In this document: positions 22,897-29,880 of the stretch, piece by piece
Numbering within the stretch: the stretch's first letter is position 1
Layout: every line of letters begins with the position of its first letter
From: Candidatus Woesearchaeota archaeon
Lineage (GTDB): Archaea > Nanobdellota > Nanobdellia > Woesearchaeales > SKIA01
Reading direction: 5' to 3'
Assembly (NCBI GenBank): GCA_007117065.1
Contig: SKHI01000026.1
Location: 1-29,880, forward strand
DNA: 29,880 nucleotides
Program-made: the position numbers and the translations under genes
The notes under the pieces: generated by a model
Told to the model about the DNA's origin: nothing
The model's input: the letters and a program-made list of their open reading frames with translations, nothing else
The model's database searches: none

Positions 22897-24159
22897 ATGG
22901 ATTATAACGTGGGCGATACAATTCTTCTTGAACTGGTAGATAATACCTCGTTTACAGGTGTCGTTCTTCCAGGGAAACAATTGTGTATCAAACTACAAGA
23001 TGGGTACAATGTCAGTTTCTCAAGTGAACAAATACGCTCTATTACGGTCAAACAAACCTCTCCAGAAAAAAAACCCGTATATCAAGAGGTATACAACAAT
23101 GCATCCTTACCCAAGGTACATATTTTGCACACAGGAGGGACCATTGCAAGTAAGGTTGATTACGCAACTGGAGGTGTGAGTAATCATATTGAGTCTGAAG
23201 AATTATTGCGTTTATATCCCGAATTGCAAGATATCGCTCATGTTGAAGCGACATTCATAGCAAATATGTCCAGTGACGATATGCGCTTTGGACACTATAA
23301 TCTGCTCATCTCACATATTGCTTCTCTCATTTCCAAAAATCCGTCTGGTATTATTATCACCCACGGCACAGATACTCTGCATTACACAGCGGCTGCATTG
23401 CACTACGCTTTGCGCAATCTGCCTTTCCCTGTAATTCTTGTTGGAAGTCAACGGAGTAGTGACCGAGGCAGTAGTGATGCTGCTACCAATTTACGTGCTG
23501 CAGTGCGTTTCTGTGTTTCTCCTCAAAAAAGTTCTGGCGTGTTTATTTGCATGCATAATACTTCAGATGACACAACTATCGGGGTGTTTTCTGGCGTGCA
23601 CGTGCGTAAAATGCACACATCATGCAGGGATGCATTTATGAGCGTCAATGCACCAGTGCATGCAGTGATTTCTGGCGACCAACTAACATACCTCACCGAA
23701 CCTAAAAAGGCAGCTGACAAATTCGCTCATTTCTTGTACAATGAACAAATACGTATCGGCATGGTATACGCTCATCCTCATATGAGCGCTGATGAATTTC
23801 GTGTGTATGAGAATTTCGATGGGCTCATAATTCTTGGTACTGGCTTAGGGCATATTCCGATTAGCTCGTTTGATTCATACACACAAGAGCACGAAGACAT
23901 TTTTTCTGTTGTTTCCTTGTTAGCACAAAAGATCCCTGTTGTTATGTCTTCACAATGTATTTTTGGTCGTCTTCATCTTCAAGTATATTCAGCTGGTCGT
24001 AGATTACAAGAAATAGGTGTTCGCGGTCATGGTATGTCTCTCTCTCCTGAAGCTCTTTTCTGTAAACTCGCGTTTGTAATCAGCAATCCTCAGTTTTCTC
24101 TGGATGATGATTTAGGGGATGTTCTTTCCCGTCTTGAAAGGGGGGCAACCCATGATTGA
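22897..24159 (+). CDS. gatD: Glu-tRNA(Gln) amidotransferase subunit D
   Basis: 420 aa. Asparaginase-type motifs ILHTGGTIASKVDYATGGV and IITHGTDTLHYTAAAL. TATA-like CTTTAATATACTG lies about 26 nt upstream of the ATG. Confidence 0.9.
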   Translation: MDYNVGDTILLELVDNTSFTGVVLPGKQLCIKLQDGYNVSFSSEQIRSITVKQTSPEKKPVYQEVYNNASLPKVHILHTGGTIASKVDYATGGVSNHIESEELLRLYPELQDIAHVEATFIANMSSDDMRFGHYNLLISHIASLISKNPSGIIITHGTDTLHYTAAALHYALRNLPFPVILVGSQRSSDRGSSDAATNLRAAVRFCVSPQKSSGVFICMHNTSDDTTIGVFSGVHVRKMHTSCRDAFMSVNAPVHAVISGDQLTYLTEPKKAADKFAHFLYNEQIRIGMVYAHPHMSADEFRVYENFDGLIILGTGLGHIPISSFDSYTQEHEDIFSVVSLLAQKIPVVMSSQCIFGRLHLQVYSAGRRLQEIGVRGHGMSLSPEALFCKLAFVISNPQFSLDDDLGDVLSRLERGATHD

Positions 24160-25954
24160 TTACAAAAAAATTGGTTTCAAAGCTGGTTTAGAAATTCATC
24201 AACAGCTATCGGGAAGAAAATTATTCTGTTCATGCCCTGCTATTATTCGCGAAGACAACCCCGATATTATTGTTCATCGGATGTTGCGTCCTTCCTTTGG
24301 AGAAAGCGGTATAGTGGATGCAGCTGCCCTCGCTGAATTTCGTAAGCAAAAAGTGTTTGTGTATCAGGGATATAATGAGAATACCTGTCTTGTTGAACTT
24401 GATGAGGAGCCTGTCCTTCAGCCTTCTTCTGATGCTGTAGAAACTGCTGTTATGGTTTCGCGTATGCTTTCCATGCAACTATTCTCTCCTGTTCATGTCA
24501 TGCGTAAGGTTGTTGTTGATGGAAGTAATACTTCTGGTTTTCAGCGCACCATGGCTATTGGATTCTCCGGTGTAATAACTGATAGTTCTGGTTCTGTTAT
24601 CCGTATTGATAGGTTGTGTCTTGAAGAGGATAGCGCGCGTATTGTTTCTCGTACGCAAGAATCCGATACATATAACCTTTCTCGTCTTGGAATTCCTCTT
24701 CTTGAGATTACCACCAAACCAGACATTCGTTCTCCAAACCAATTACAAGAAGTTGCTGGGCAGCTTGGTATGATTTTGCGCAGCACAGGTCGTATTAAAC
24801 GCGGATTGGGTACCATTCGTCAGGATGTAAACGTAAGTATTGCGCAAGGTTCTCGTGTTGAGATTAAGGGTGTTCAAGACTTTGATTTACTTCCTACTAT
24901 TGCGCATAATGAGGCTTTACGACAACTTGGTCTTGTCGCTCTCGCTGCAGAGTATTCTCAGCACTCTTTTGTACTTTCTTCTCCTGTTGATGTATCACAG
25001 ACATTCTCCTCATCCTCAACAAAATGGATATCATCTACGTTACAAAACGGTACCGCGTTGGCAGTCGTGGTTTCAGGTGCGCAGGGCTTTTTTGGAAGAG
25101 AGCTCTACCCTGGTTTTCGTGTTGGTTCTGAGTTAAGTGGATACGTTCAAGCATCCGGTTTTGGCGGCATTATTCATACTGATGAAAAACCGCAAAAGTA
25201 TGGTCTTTCCTCGTGGGATGAATTGTTTTCCCGTACGCAAGCATCTTCACAAGATGCTATTCTTGTATTATTAGGCGATGCACATCGTGCTTCTGAAACA
25301 TTTACTGAAGTAGTTTCTTCTCGGTTGCAGGAGTTTTGTTTAGGCGTTCCTTCTTGTGTTCGTAAAGCGCAAGGCGATGGCACCACAACGTACTTACGTC
25401 CGATGCCTGGTTCTGCTCGTATGTATCCTGAAACTGATGTTCGCTCGTTTTCTGTCTCGTCCATACACGTTGATATTCCTGAATTATTAACTGTTCGTGC
25501 AAAACGATTGTCTCAAGAGTTCAGCATTAGTGAGGACGTTGCTTCTTTGGTATGTCGGAGTGGTCGTGCTGACATTTTTGAGCACTGGGCAAAAGTATTA
25601 TCTGCTTCATTGGTTGCTGATGTGCTTGTCGTTAAAGAAAAAGAGATACGAAGACGGCATTCATTAGAGCTTGATGTTAATGCAATAAGTGAAGAGTTGT
25701 TTTCTCGTTTAGCTTCTGGTTCCCTGCAATCATCTGCTATTGAGGAGGTTCTTGTTTCATTTGCCCGTGATGGAATTGTTCTTTGGGAGTCCTTTGCCTC
25801 TCTTTCTGAACAAGAAGTTAAGAATATCGTTTCACGTATTGTTTCTGAGAATGCTGATGCTCCATTTGGTGCACTCATGGGTTTGTGTATGAAGGAGCTG
25901 AGTGGCCGTGCTGATGGTAAAATGGTTTCTTCTCTCATTAAGGAGCTAACATGA
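24152..25954 (+). CDS. gatE: Glu-tRNA(Gln) amidotransferase subunit E
   Basis: MIDYKKIGFKAGLEIHQQL...KLFCSCP is the typical GatE N-terminus. The ATG at 24152 overlaps the gatD stop by 8 nt. The track start at 24119 adds 11 unsupported residues. Confidence 0.9.
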   Translation: MIDYKKIGFKAGLEIHQQLSGRKLFCSCPAIIREDNPDIIVHRMLRPSFGESGIVDAAALAEFRKQKVFVYQGYNENTCLVELDEEPVLQPSSDAVETAVMVSRMLSMQLFSPVHVMRKVVVDGSNTSGFQRTMAIGFSGVITDSSGSVIRIDRLCLEEDSARIVSRTQESDTYNLSRLGIPLLEITTKPDIRSPNQLQEVAGQLGMILRSTGRIKRGLGTIRQDVNVSIAQGSRVEIKGVQDFDLLPTIAHNEALRQLGLVALAAEYSQHSFVLSSPVDVSQTFSSSSTKWISSTLQNGTALAVVVSGAQGFFGRELYPGFRVGSELSGYVQASGFGGIIHTDEKPQKYGLSSWDELFSRTQASSQDAILVLLGDAHRASETFTEVVSSRLQEFCLGVPSCVRKAQGDGTTTYLRPMPGSARMYPETDVRSFSVSSIHVDIPELLTVRAKRLSQEFSISEDVASLVCRSGRADIFEHWAKVLSASLVADVLVVKEKEIRRRHSLELDVNAISEELFSRLASGSLQSSAIEEVLVSFARDGIVLWESFASLSEQEVKNIVSRIVSENADAPFGALMGLCMKELSGRADGKMVSSLIKELT

Positions 25955-26490
25955 TTTCTGATATTCTTTCTGTTCTGTATTTTTTTCTTCCTGCAATCGC
26001 TGCGAATATGGCTCCTGTCTTCGTTCGTCGCGTTCCCATTTTGGACGTCCCACTTGACTTTGGTTCAACCTTGCGAGGAAAGCAATTGTTTGGTGAGAAC
26101 AAGACATGGCGCGGGTTATTATTCGGTGTACTAATAGCCACTCTTGTATTCCATCTTCAGCAGTGGCTTTTTTTCACTGATTTTTTTGCGTATTACTCTT
26201 TGATTGATTATCCTGTGTTTTCTGTTTTTGTTGGTTCCTTACTTGGTTTTGGTGCGTTAGTAGGAGATGCTTTAGAAAGTGTTGCAAAGCGCCAGTTGGG
26301 CATTCTTCCTGGAAAGAGTTTATTTTTTTGGGATCAACTTGATTTTTTGTTTGGTATGCTTCTTGTCAGTATTCCGTATTGGATAGGCGTCTGGCCTGCT
26401 GTTATTATTTCTCTCTGTATCGTCTTAGTTCTTAATGTTGGTGTGCAAAAATTAGGCTATAGGCTTGGTTTTAAGAACGACCCACTATAA
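25951..26490 (+). CDS. carS: CDP-archaeol synthase (CarS, DUF46 family)
   Basis: FLPAIAANMAPVF...PLDFGSTLRGKQLFGENKTWRGLLFGV...GDALESVAKRQLGILPGKS...WDQLDFLFG matches CarS signature blocks. ATGA overlap with the gatE stop. Confidence 0.85.
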   Translation: MISDILSVLYFFLPAIAANMAPVFVRRVPILDVPLDFGSTLRGKQLFGENKTWRGLLFGVLIATLVFHLQQWLFFTDFFAYYSLIDYPVFSVFVGSLLGFGALVGDALESVAKRQLGILPGKSLFFWDQLDFLFGMLLVSIPYWIGVWPAVIISLCIVLVLNVGVQKLGYRLGFKNDPL

Positions 26491-26518
26491 TTATTAATGA
26501 GTGATCATTTCTCTTCGT

Positions 26519-27031
26519 ATGCGTATATTATGTTACTCTTTTGAACCGTTTAGTTATCTTAGAACAAATGTTTCCTCTCTTGTTGCACAAGAAGTTGTTT
26601 CTTCTCTATCGGCGCATACATGCTCACACCTTGTTCTTCCTGTGCACTTTGATAGTTGGTCTATCCTTAAAGAGCGTATCTCTTCTTTTGTTCCTGACAT
26701 GATTATTGGTTTTGGTGTTGCGAATAATTCTCTTGTTCGTTTTGAACGTATAGCCCTTAATTATATGCGCAGAGACGATGGGACGGTGCAGAGGATTATT
26801 CCAGGTACTGTGGTTGCTAGAGAAAGTTCCTGCTCAGTATTTGAGCAGAACATCCTTGATAATGAGCCTGAGGAGTCGTTTTTTGCTGATCTCTATGTGT
26901 GTAACTATACCTACTTTCATTGCTTAGGAATACAGTCAAACAGTTTTTTTGTTCACATCCCAGTGTTCCTTTCTGATGAGAAAAAAAGTGTTCTTGTAAA
27001 AAAGATTGTTGCCTTGATAAAAGATCTGTAA
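26519..27031 (+). CDS. pcp: pyroglutamyl peptidase I (peptidase C15)
   Basis: MRILCYSFEPF. FERIALNY (catalytic Glu), LYVCNYTYF (catalytic Cys), FVHIPV (catalytic His). The track start at 26501 is GTG, and the ATG at 26519 matches family N-termini. Confidence 0.75.
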   Translation: MRILCYSFEPFSYLRTNVSSLVAQEVVSSLSAHTCSHLVLPVHFDSWSILKERISSFVPDMIIGFGVANNSLVRFERIALNYMRRDDGTVQRIIPGTVVARESSCSVFEQNILDNEPEESFFADLYVCNYTYFHCLGIQSNSFFVHIPVFLSDEKKSVLVKKIVALIKDL

Positions 27032-27115
27032 GTGGTCTTAGTAATCTCAAAAAAATCCACTCCTGTTTACTGTATACAACATGGTTATAAAAAGAAAAGA
27101 ATTCAGCTTGGGCAC

Positions 27116-27525
27116 ATGAAAACAGTACGCGTAGGATTAGGAGTATTTGTTATAAGAGATGATAAAATTCTCCTGGTCAAAGAATTAACAATCTCGGTCA
27201 AGGAACCTGGCAGTTACCTGGAGGACACTTGGAATTGTATGAAACATTTGAAGAATGTGCAAGAAGAGAAGTGAAAGAAGAAACAGGACTGAAAATTACA
27301 GATGTACGATTTGTAACAGCTACAAATGACATATTTATTAAGGAGGATAAACATTATGTAACTATATTCATGAGCGCAAAAAGCTCAAGTGGTACACCAG
27401 TGATTATGGAGCCTGATAAATGTACCGTTTGGAATTGGTTTAGCTGGGATGAACTCCCTGAACCGCTATTTCTTCCCTTAAAGAATTTGATTCAAACTAA
27501 TTTTAACCTATTTGATCAGAAATAA
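27116..27525 (+). pseudogene. NUDIX hydrolase interrupted by a single -1 frameshift (1 nt missing from an A-run)
   Basis: Frame A reads MKTVRVGLGVFVIRDDKILLVK up to AAA at 27179-27181. Frame A-1, starting at 27181, reads RINNLGQGTWQLPGGHLELYETFEECARREVKEETGL, a perfect Nudix box (Gx5Ex7REUxEExGU), and continues to the stop at 27525. Corresponds to track ORFs 27032-27274 and 27229-27525. Confidence 0.75.
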
Positions 27526-27818
27526 TAAGAGCGATTGATGTCAATGTCAGAGAAGTAGAGCTTCTTGCTAATTCTATATAACAGGTTACTTCAAAACTTA
27601 AAAATTACCTTCGAGACAATACACTAAATTTAGTCCTACGGAAAGTATAACAAGGATGTAGTGAATCTGTTTGGTCGCATCTCGCTACACCCAAAATGTT
27701 TCTACCCAAAAAACTTCCCTTTGCCCAATGTATAAAACCACTAATCTTTTTTTCACAATAAATGCCTTGTAGTATCGCTTTATTGTCTTTTTTATCGTAA
27801 TAACTCTCTCCAGTAATT

Positions 27819-28274
27819 TCAATATCCTTTTGGCGGTTGGGTGTGTGCGCCTAGTTTTCCATACACGCGTATGCTCTCAAGTATTTCTTTCACGTATGTT
27901 CTGAATTCGTGTATATCTACTCCTTTCTGTATTAGTCTTTGGTCTATTATCTCCTGTACTTTCGTATAATCATTTTTGTACTCTTGGTTTATATCTTTCC
28001 ATGGTATTCCTTCAAGTACATCTAAGTATTCTTGTTTTATGGGTAGTTCTCCTATGCTCATGAGGTATGCTATTGCTGAGTATCCAAAAGTTCCTTTATA
28101 ATATGCAGCATTATCATTAGTCGTTATGTTGCTTCCATCATACTCTACTGTGTAGTATTTGTTCCCGCTTGAACTGTAAACAGTGTTATCTTTGACTCGG
28201 TTATGTGCTATTGCTCCGAGTGCTTCGTATATTTTCAGAGGGTGTGGTTGTTTCCACTTATTCTTTTGTTCCAT
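27819..28274 (-). CDS. hypothetical protein
   Basis: 151-aa ORF with an ATG start, last gene of a co-directional overlapping gene string. No Cys and no recognised motif. Confidence 0.5.
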   Translation of the reverse strand: MEQKNKWKQPHPLKIYEALGAIAHNRVKDNTVYSSSGNKYYTVEYDGSNITTNDNAAYYKGTFGYSAIAYLMSIGELPIKQEYLDVLEGIPWKDINQEYKNDYTKVQEIIDQRLIQKGVDIHEFRTYVKEILESIRVYGKLGAHTQPPKGY

Positions 28275-28428
28275 GGAGTATCATTCGCGTTATTATTATT
28301 AGTCCGTGTATGACAAATATCGCTGCTACGCCATAGTACAGCAGTTCTGGCCAACGCAGTATTGCCATTCCTGTTCCTGCATAGAGTATTCCAAGTACTA
28401 TTCCGCTTATTTGTTCATATGTTTTCAT
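28261..28428 (-). CDS. small two-TM membrane protein (55 aa), below the track length cut-off
   Basis: My translation is MKTYEQISGIVLGILYAGTGMAILRWPELLYYGVAAIFVIHGLIIITRMILHGTKE. It fills the gap between two genes exactly, overlapping each neighbour by 14 nt. Confidence 0.4.
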
Positions 28429-29128
28429 GGGGTGTTTTGTGTATGGTTACGTTTATAATGTATGTTATTCCAGTTATGATAAATGCTCCTGCTATAAAAT
28501 AGTGTACGCTTCGTGGGTATGCGAGGATGAGTATTGCAATAAGTATATATGCTGTGGCTGTAAAGACTGCACTGATTGTTTTTGTTCCAAAAAGTTTGTT
28601 TGCGAATGCGTCTATGAAATGTAGTGGCGAATATTTTTTTTTAATTTCTTCTTTGAGAAGAGCATGTTTTCCTGTTGCTATATGCGTCTTTAATTCTTTC
28701 CAGAAGGGTCCAAGATAAAGTATATTAATGAATATTCCCAGTACGAAGAGACTTATGGTGTAAGTCAGTGCGCTATAGTAGTCTCCCCAGGTTAGTAATA
28801 ATCCTATTTCATCTAGAAATAGTCCGAGTCCTAGCCCGTATACTATTGCTATATAATCTCTTTTTATTGTATTACTTCCAACTATTGCAAGCCATCCTGC
28901 TAAACAGATAAAGAGTATTCCAAAATAAAAATGATGTATGTGATATCCAAAGAGTATGATATTACTTCCTATGTAAAAATCAGTTCCCGGCAGGGCACCT
29001 GCTTTTGCTGCTTGTGCGAATTCACTTTCTGCGCTTCCTGCAAGCAGTACTGCAAGTCGTATAAATATAAAACTTGTAAGAAAGCTTGCTGCTATCAAAA
29101 AGGGCGCTTTTTTATTTTTTGGAATCAT
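28415..29128 (-). CDS. hypothetical polytopic membrane protein
   Basis: 237 aa with about 6-7 TM. Conserved-looking GYHIHHFYFG and FLDEIGLL motifs. ATGA overlap with the upstream gene. Confidence 0.55.
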   Translation of the reverse strand: MIPKNKKAPFLIAASFLTSFIFIRLAVLLAGSAESEFAQAAKAGALPGTDFYIGSNIILFGYHIHHFYFGILFICLAGWLAIVGSNTIKRDYIAIVYGLGLGLFLDEIGLLLTWGDYYSALTYTISLFVLGIFINILYLGPFWKELKTHIATGKHALLKEEIKKKYSPLHFIDAFANKLFGTKTISAVFTATAYILIAILILAYPRSVHYFIAGAFIITGITYIINVTIHKTPHENI

Positions 29129-29562
29129 GTGAATGTGAATTTCTTTGTTTTCTCAGGGTATAATTCATCATTCCAGAATTGTATTTGTGTTGGCCGCAGC
29201 ACCCATACTGCTGTGTTTCCTTCCTTGACGTATTGTTCGTTTATACGTTCTTTAAACACAGGAAAACGTGTATTATGTATTTGTACCCCTCGTTGTATTT
29301 CCTCTCTTGTACTAGCCTTGTGTATTACTCCTCTTCCTTGTATTCCTTTTCTGTTGGTATGCGTGCTATATGCTGCTGTTGCGAAGGCCACAGTATTCTG
29401 CTCTTTAATATTCTCTGCTGTTTGGGTGTTTTCTGGCATTATAAAATAAATGTTCGTATCTTCATCTATTCCGTAAAACACATTTATTATCCACGGGTTT
29501 GTTGCATATGTCGCTATAGTAATAAGTTCTTGTTCCTGCAGAAATTTCTTTAGCGCGTCCAT
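29125..29562 (-). CDS. pyridoxamine 5'-phosphate oxidase-like FMN-binding split-barrel protein
   Basis: LITIATYATNPWIINVFYGIDEDTNIYFIMPENTQTAENIKEQNTVAF fits the PNPOx-like/GSP26 pattern. ATG at 29560-29562, while the track start at 29565 is GTG. Confidence 0.55.
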   Translation of the reverse strand: MDALKKFLQEQELITIATYATNPWIINVFYGIDEDTNIYFIMPENTQTAENIKEQNTVAFATAAYSTHTNRKGIQGRGVIHKASTREEIQRGVQIHNTRFPVFKERINEQYVKEGNTAVWVLRPTQIQFWNDELYPEKTKKFTFT

Positions 29563-29586
29563 CACTGTATAAGTATTTTTTCACAT

Positions 29587-29880
29587 TTATATGTTATTAT
29601 TTTTTAGGTATTCTTCTATTAGTCGTATTCCTTCTTCATTTGTGTCCATAATGTCTAGAGTCCTAACTTCTCCTATGCTAAATAATCTCATGCCCGCTCC
29701 TTCGTGTACGACGAGTTCGGTTAGTGACACTAAGAGAGGCGCTATATAGAGTGTTTTTTCTATCTGGTTACTTTCGTATACTCCAAGAAGTGTTTCTTGT
29801 CGCACCTCGTATTCAAGTTCTTCTTGGAGTTCTCTTCTTATTGCTTGCTCTGATGTTTCTCCTGGCTCTATTTTTCCTCC
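29587..29880 (-). CDS. NUDIX hydrolase, partial (N-terminus beyond the window end)
   Basis: The frame stays open to nt 29880. It reads GGKIEPGETSEQAIRRELQEELEYEV..., a Nudix box with Glu in place of the final Gly. The track lists only the internal-Met piece 29587-29805. Confidence 0.7.
   Translation of the reverse strand, partial: GGKIEPGETSEQAIRRELQEELEYEVRQETLLGVYESNQIEKTLYIAPLLVSLTELVVHEGAGMRLFSIGEVRTLDIMDTNEEGIRLIEEYLKNNNI

Noticed and set aside
27819-28274. Degenerate SWIM-like domain in the 151-aa protein
   Set aside because: The resemblance (YYTVEY...GYSAIAYLM) is only a spacing impression, and all metal ligands are absent. It is not supportable without profile searches.
1-29880. CRISPR arrays, rRNA/tRNA genes, transposases, integrases, reverse transcriptase/DGR, toxin-antitoxin pairs
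   Set aside because: I scanned the spacers and the ORF list and found no regularly spaced repeats, no RNA-gene-like GC islands other than 17001-17036, and no matching protein motifs.

Overview
Archaeal chromosomal segment, roughly 40-45% GC by hand counts of sample lines, and extremely gene-dense. I call about 38 CDS. Many same-strand neighbours overlap by 1-8 nt at start/stop, and three convergent pairs overlap at their 3' ends. I found no rRNA, tRNA, CRISPR array, transposase or integrase. The supplied ORF track uses TTG/GTG starts, so I re-set several starts to the ATG supported by homology or promoter spacing.

Core content:
- Transcription/translation cluster: PIN (Fcf1-like), rpo7 (RpoE'), spt4 (RpoE''), rps24e.
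- A cation/H+ antiporter, the archaeal CCA-adding enzyme and a DUF368 membrane protein.
- A ChlI-like AAA+ / VWA / metallophosphoesterase trio.
- Archaeal CMP kinase, a TFS-like factor, signal peptidase I and NMD3.
- A signal-peptide-bearing Lon-type (S16) protease and a tandem-HKD PLD lipoprotein.
- Cdc48, GatD/GatE, CDP-archaeol synthase, pyroglutamyl peptidase and two NUDIX genes, one of them frameshifted.

The gene content and compaction fit a small-genome (DPANN-like) archaeon, but that is inference only.

Most unusual observations:
1. Two RNAP accessory factors have each lost a zinc ribbon: a Cys-free Spt4 and a single-ribbon 78-aa TFS.
2. A membrane-anchored, polycationic protein is built on exact 11-residue (hendecad) repeats.
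3. A ChlI-like AAA+/VWA/phosphoesterase module may be translationally coupled and has no chelatase context in this window.
4. A neighbourhood of exported hydrolases (S16 protease and PLD) flanks two orphan genes and a GC-rich structured intergenic element.
5. An orphan gene of about 30% GC sits among neighbours of about 45% GC.
6. A frameshifted NUDIX gene lies next to the only long non-coding gap, at the edge of an AT-richer operon.

I cannot name a single clear novel system. The items above are ranked candidates.
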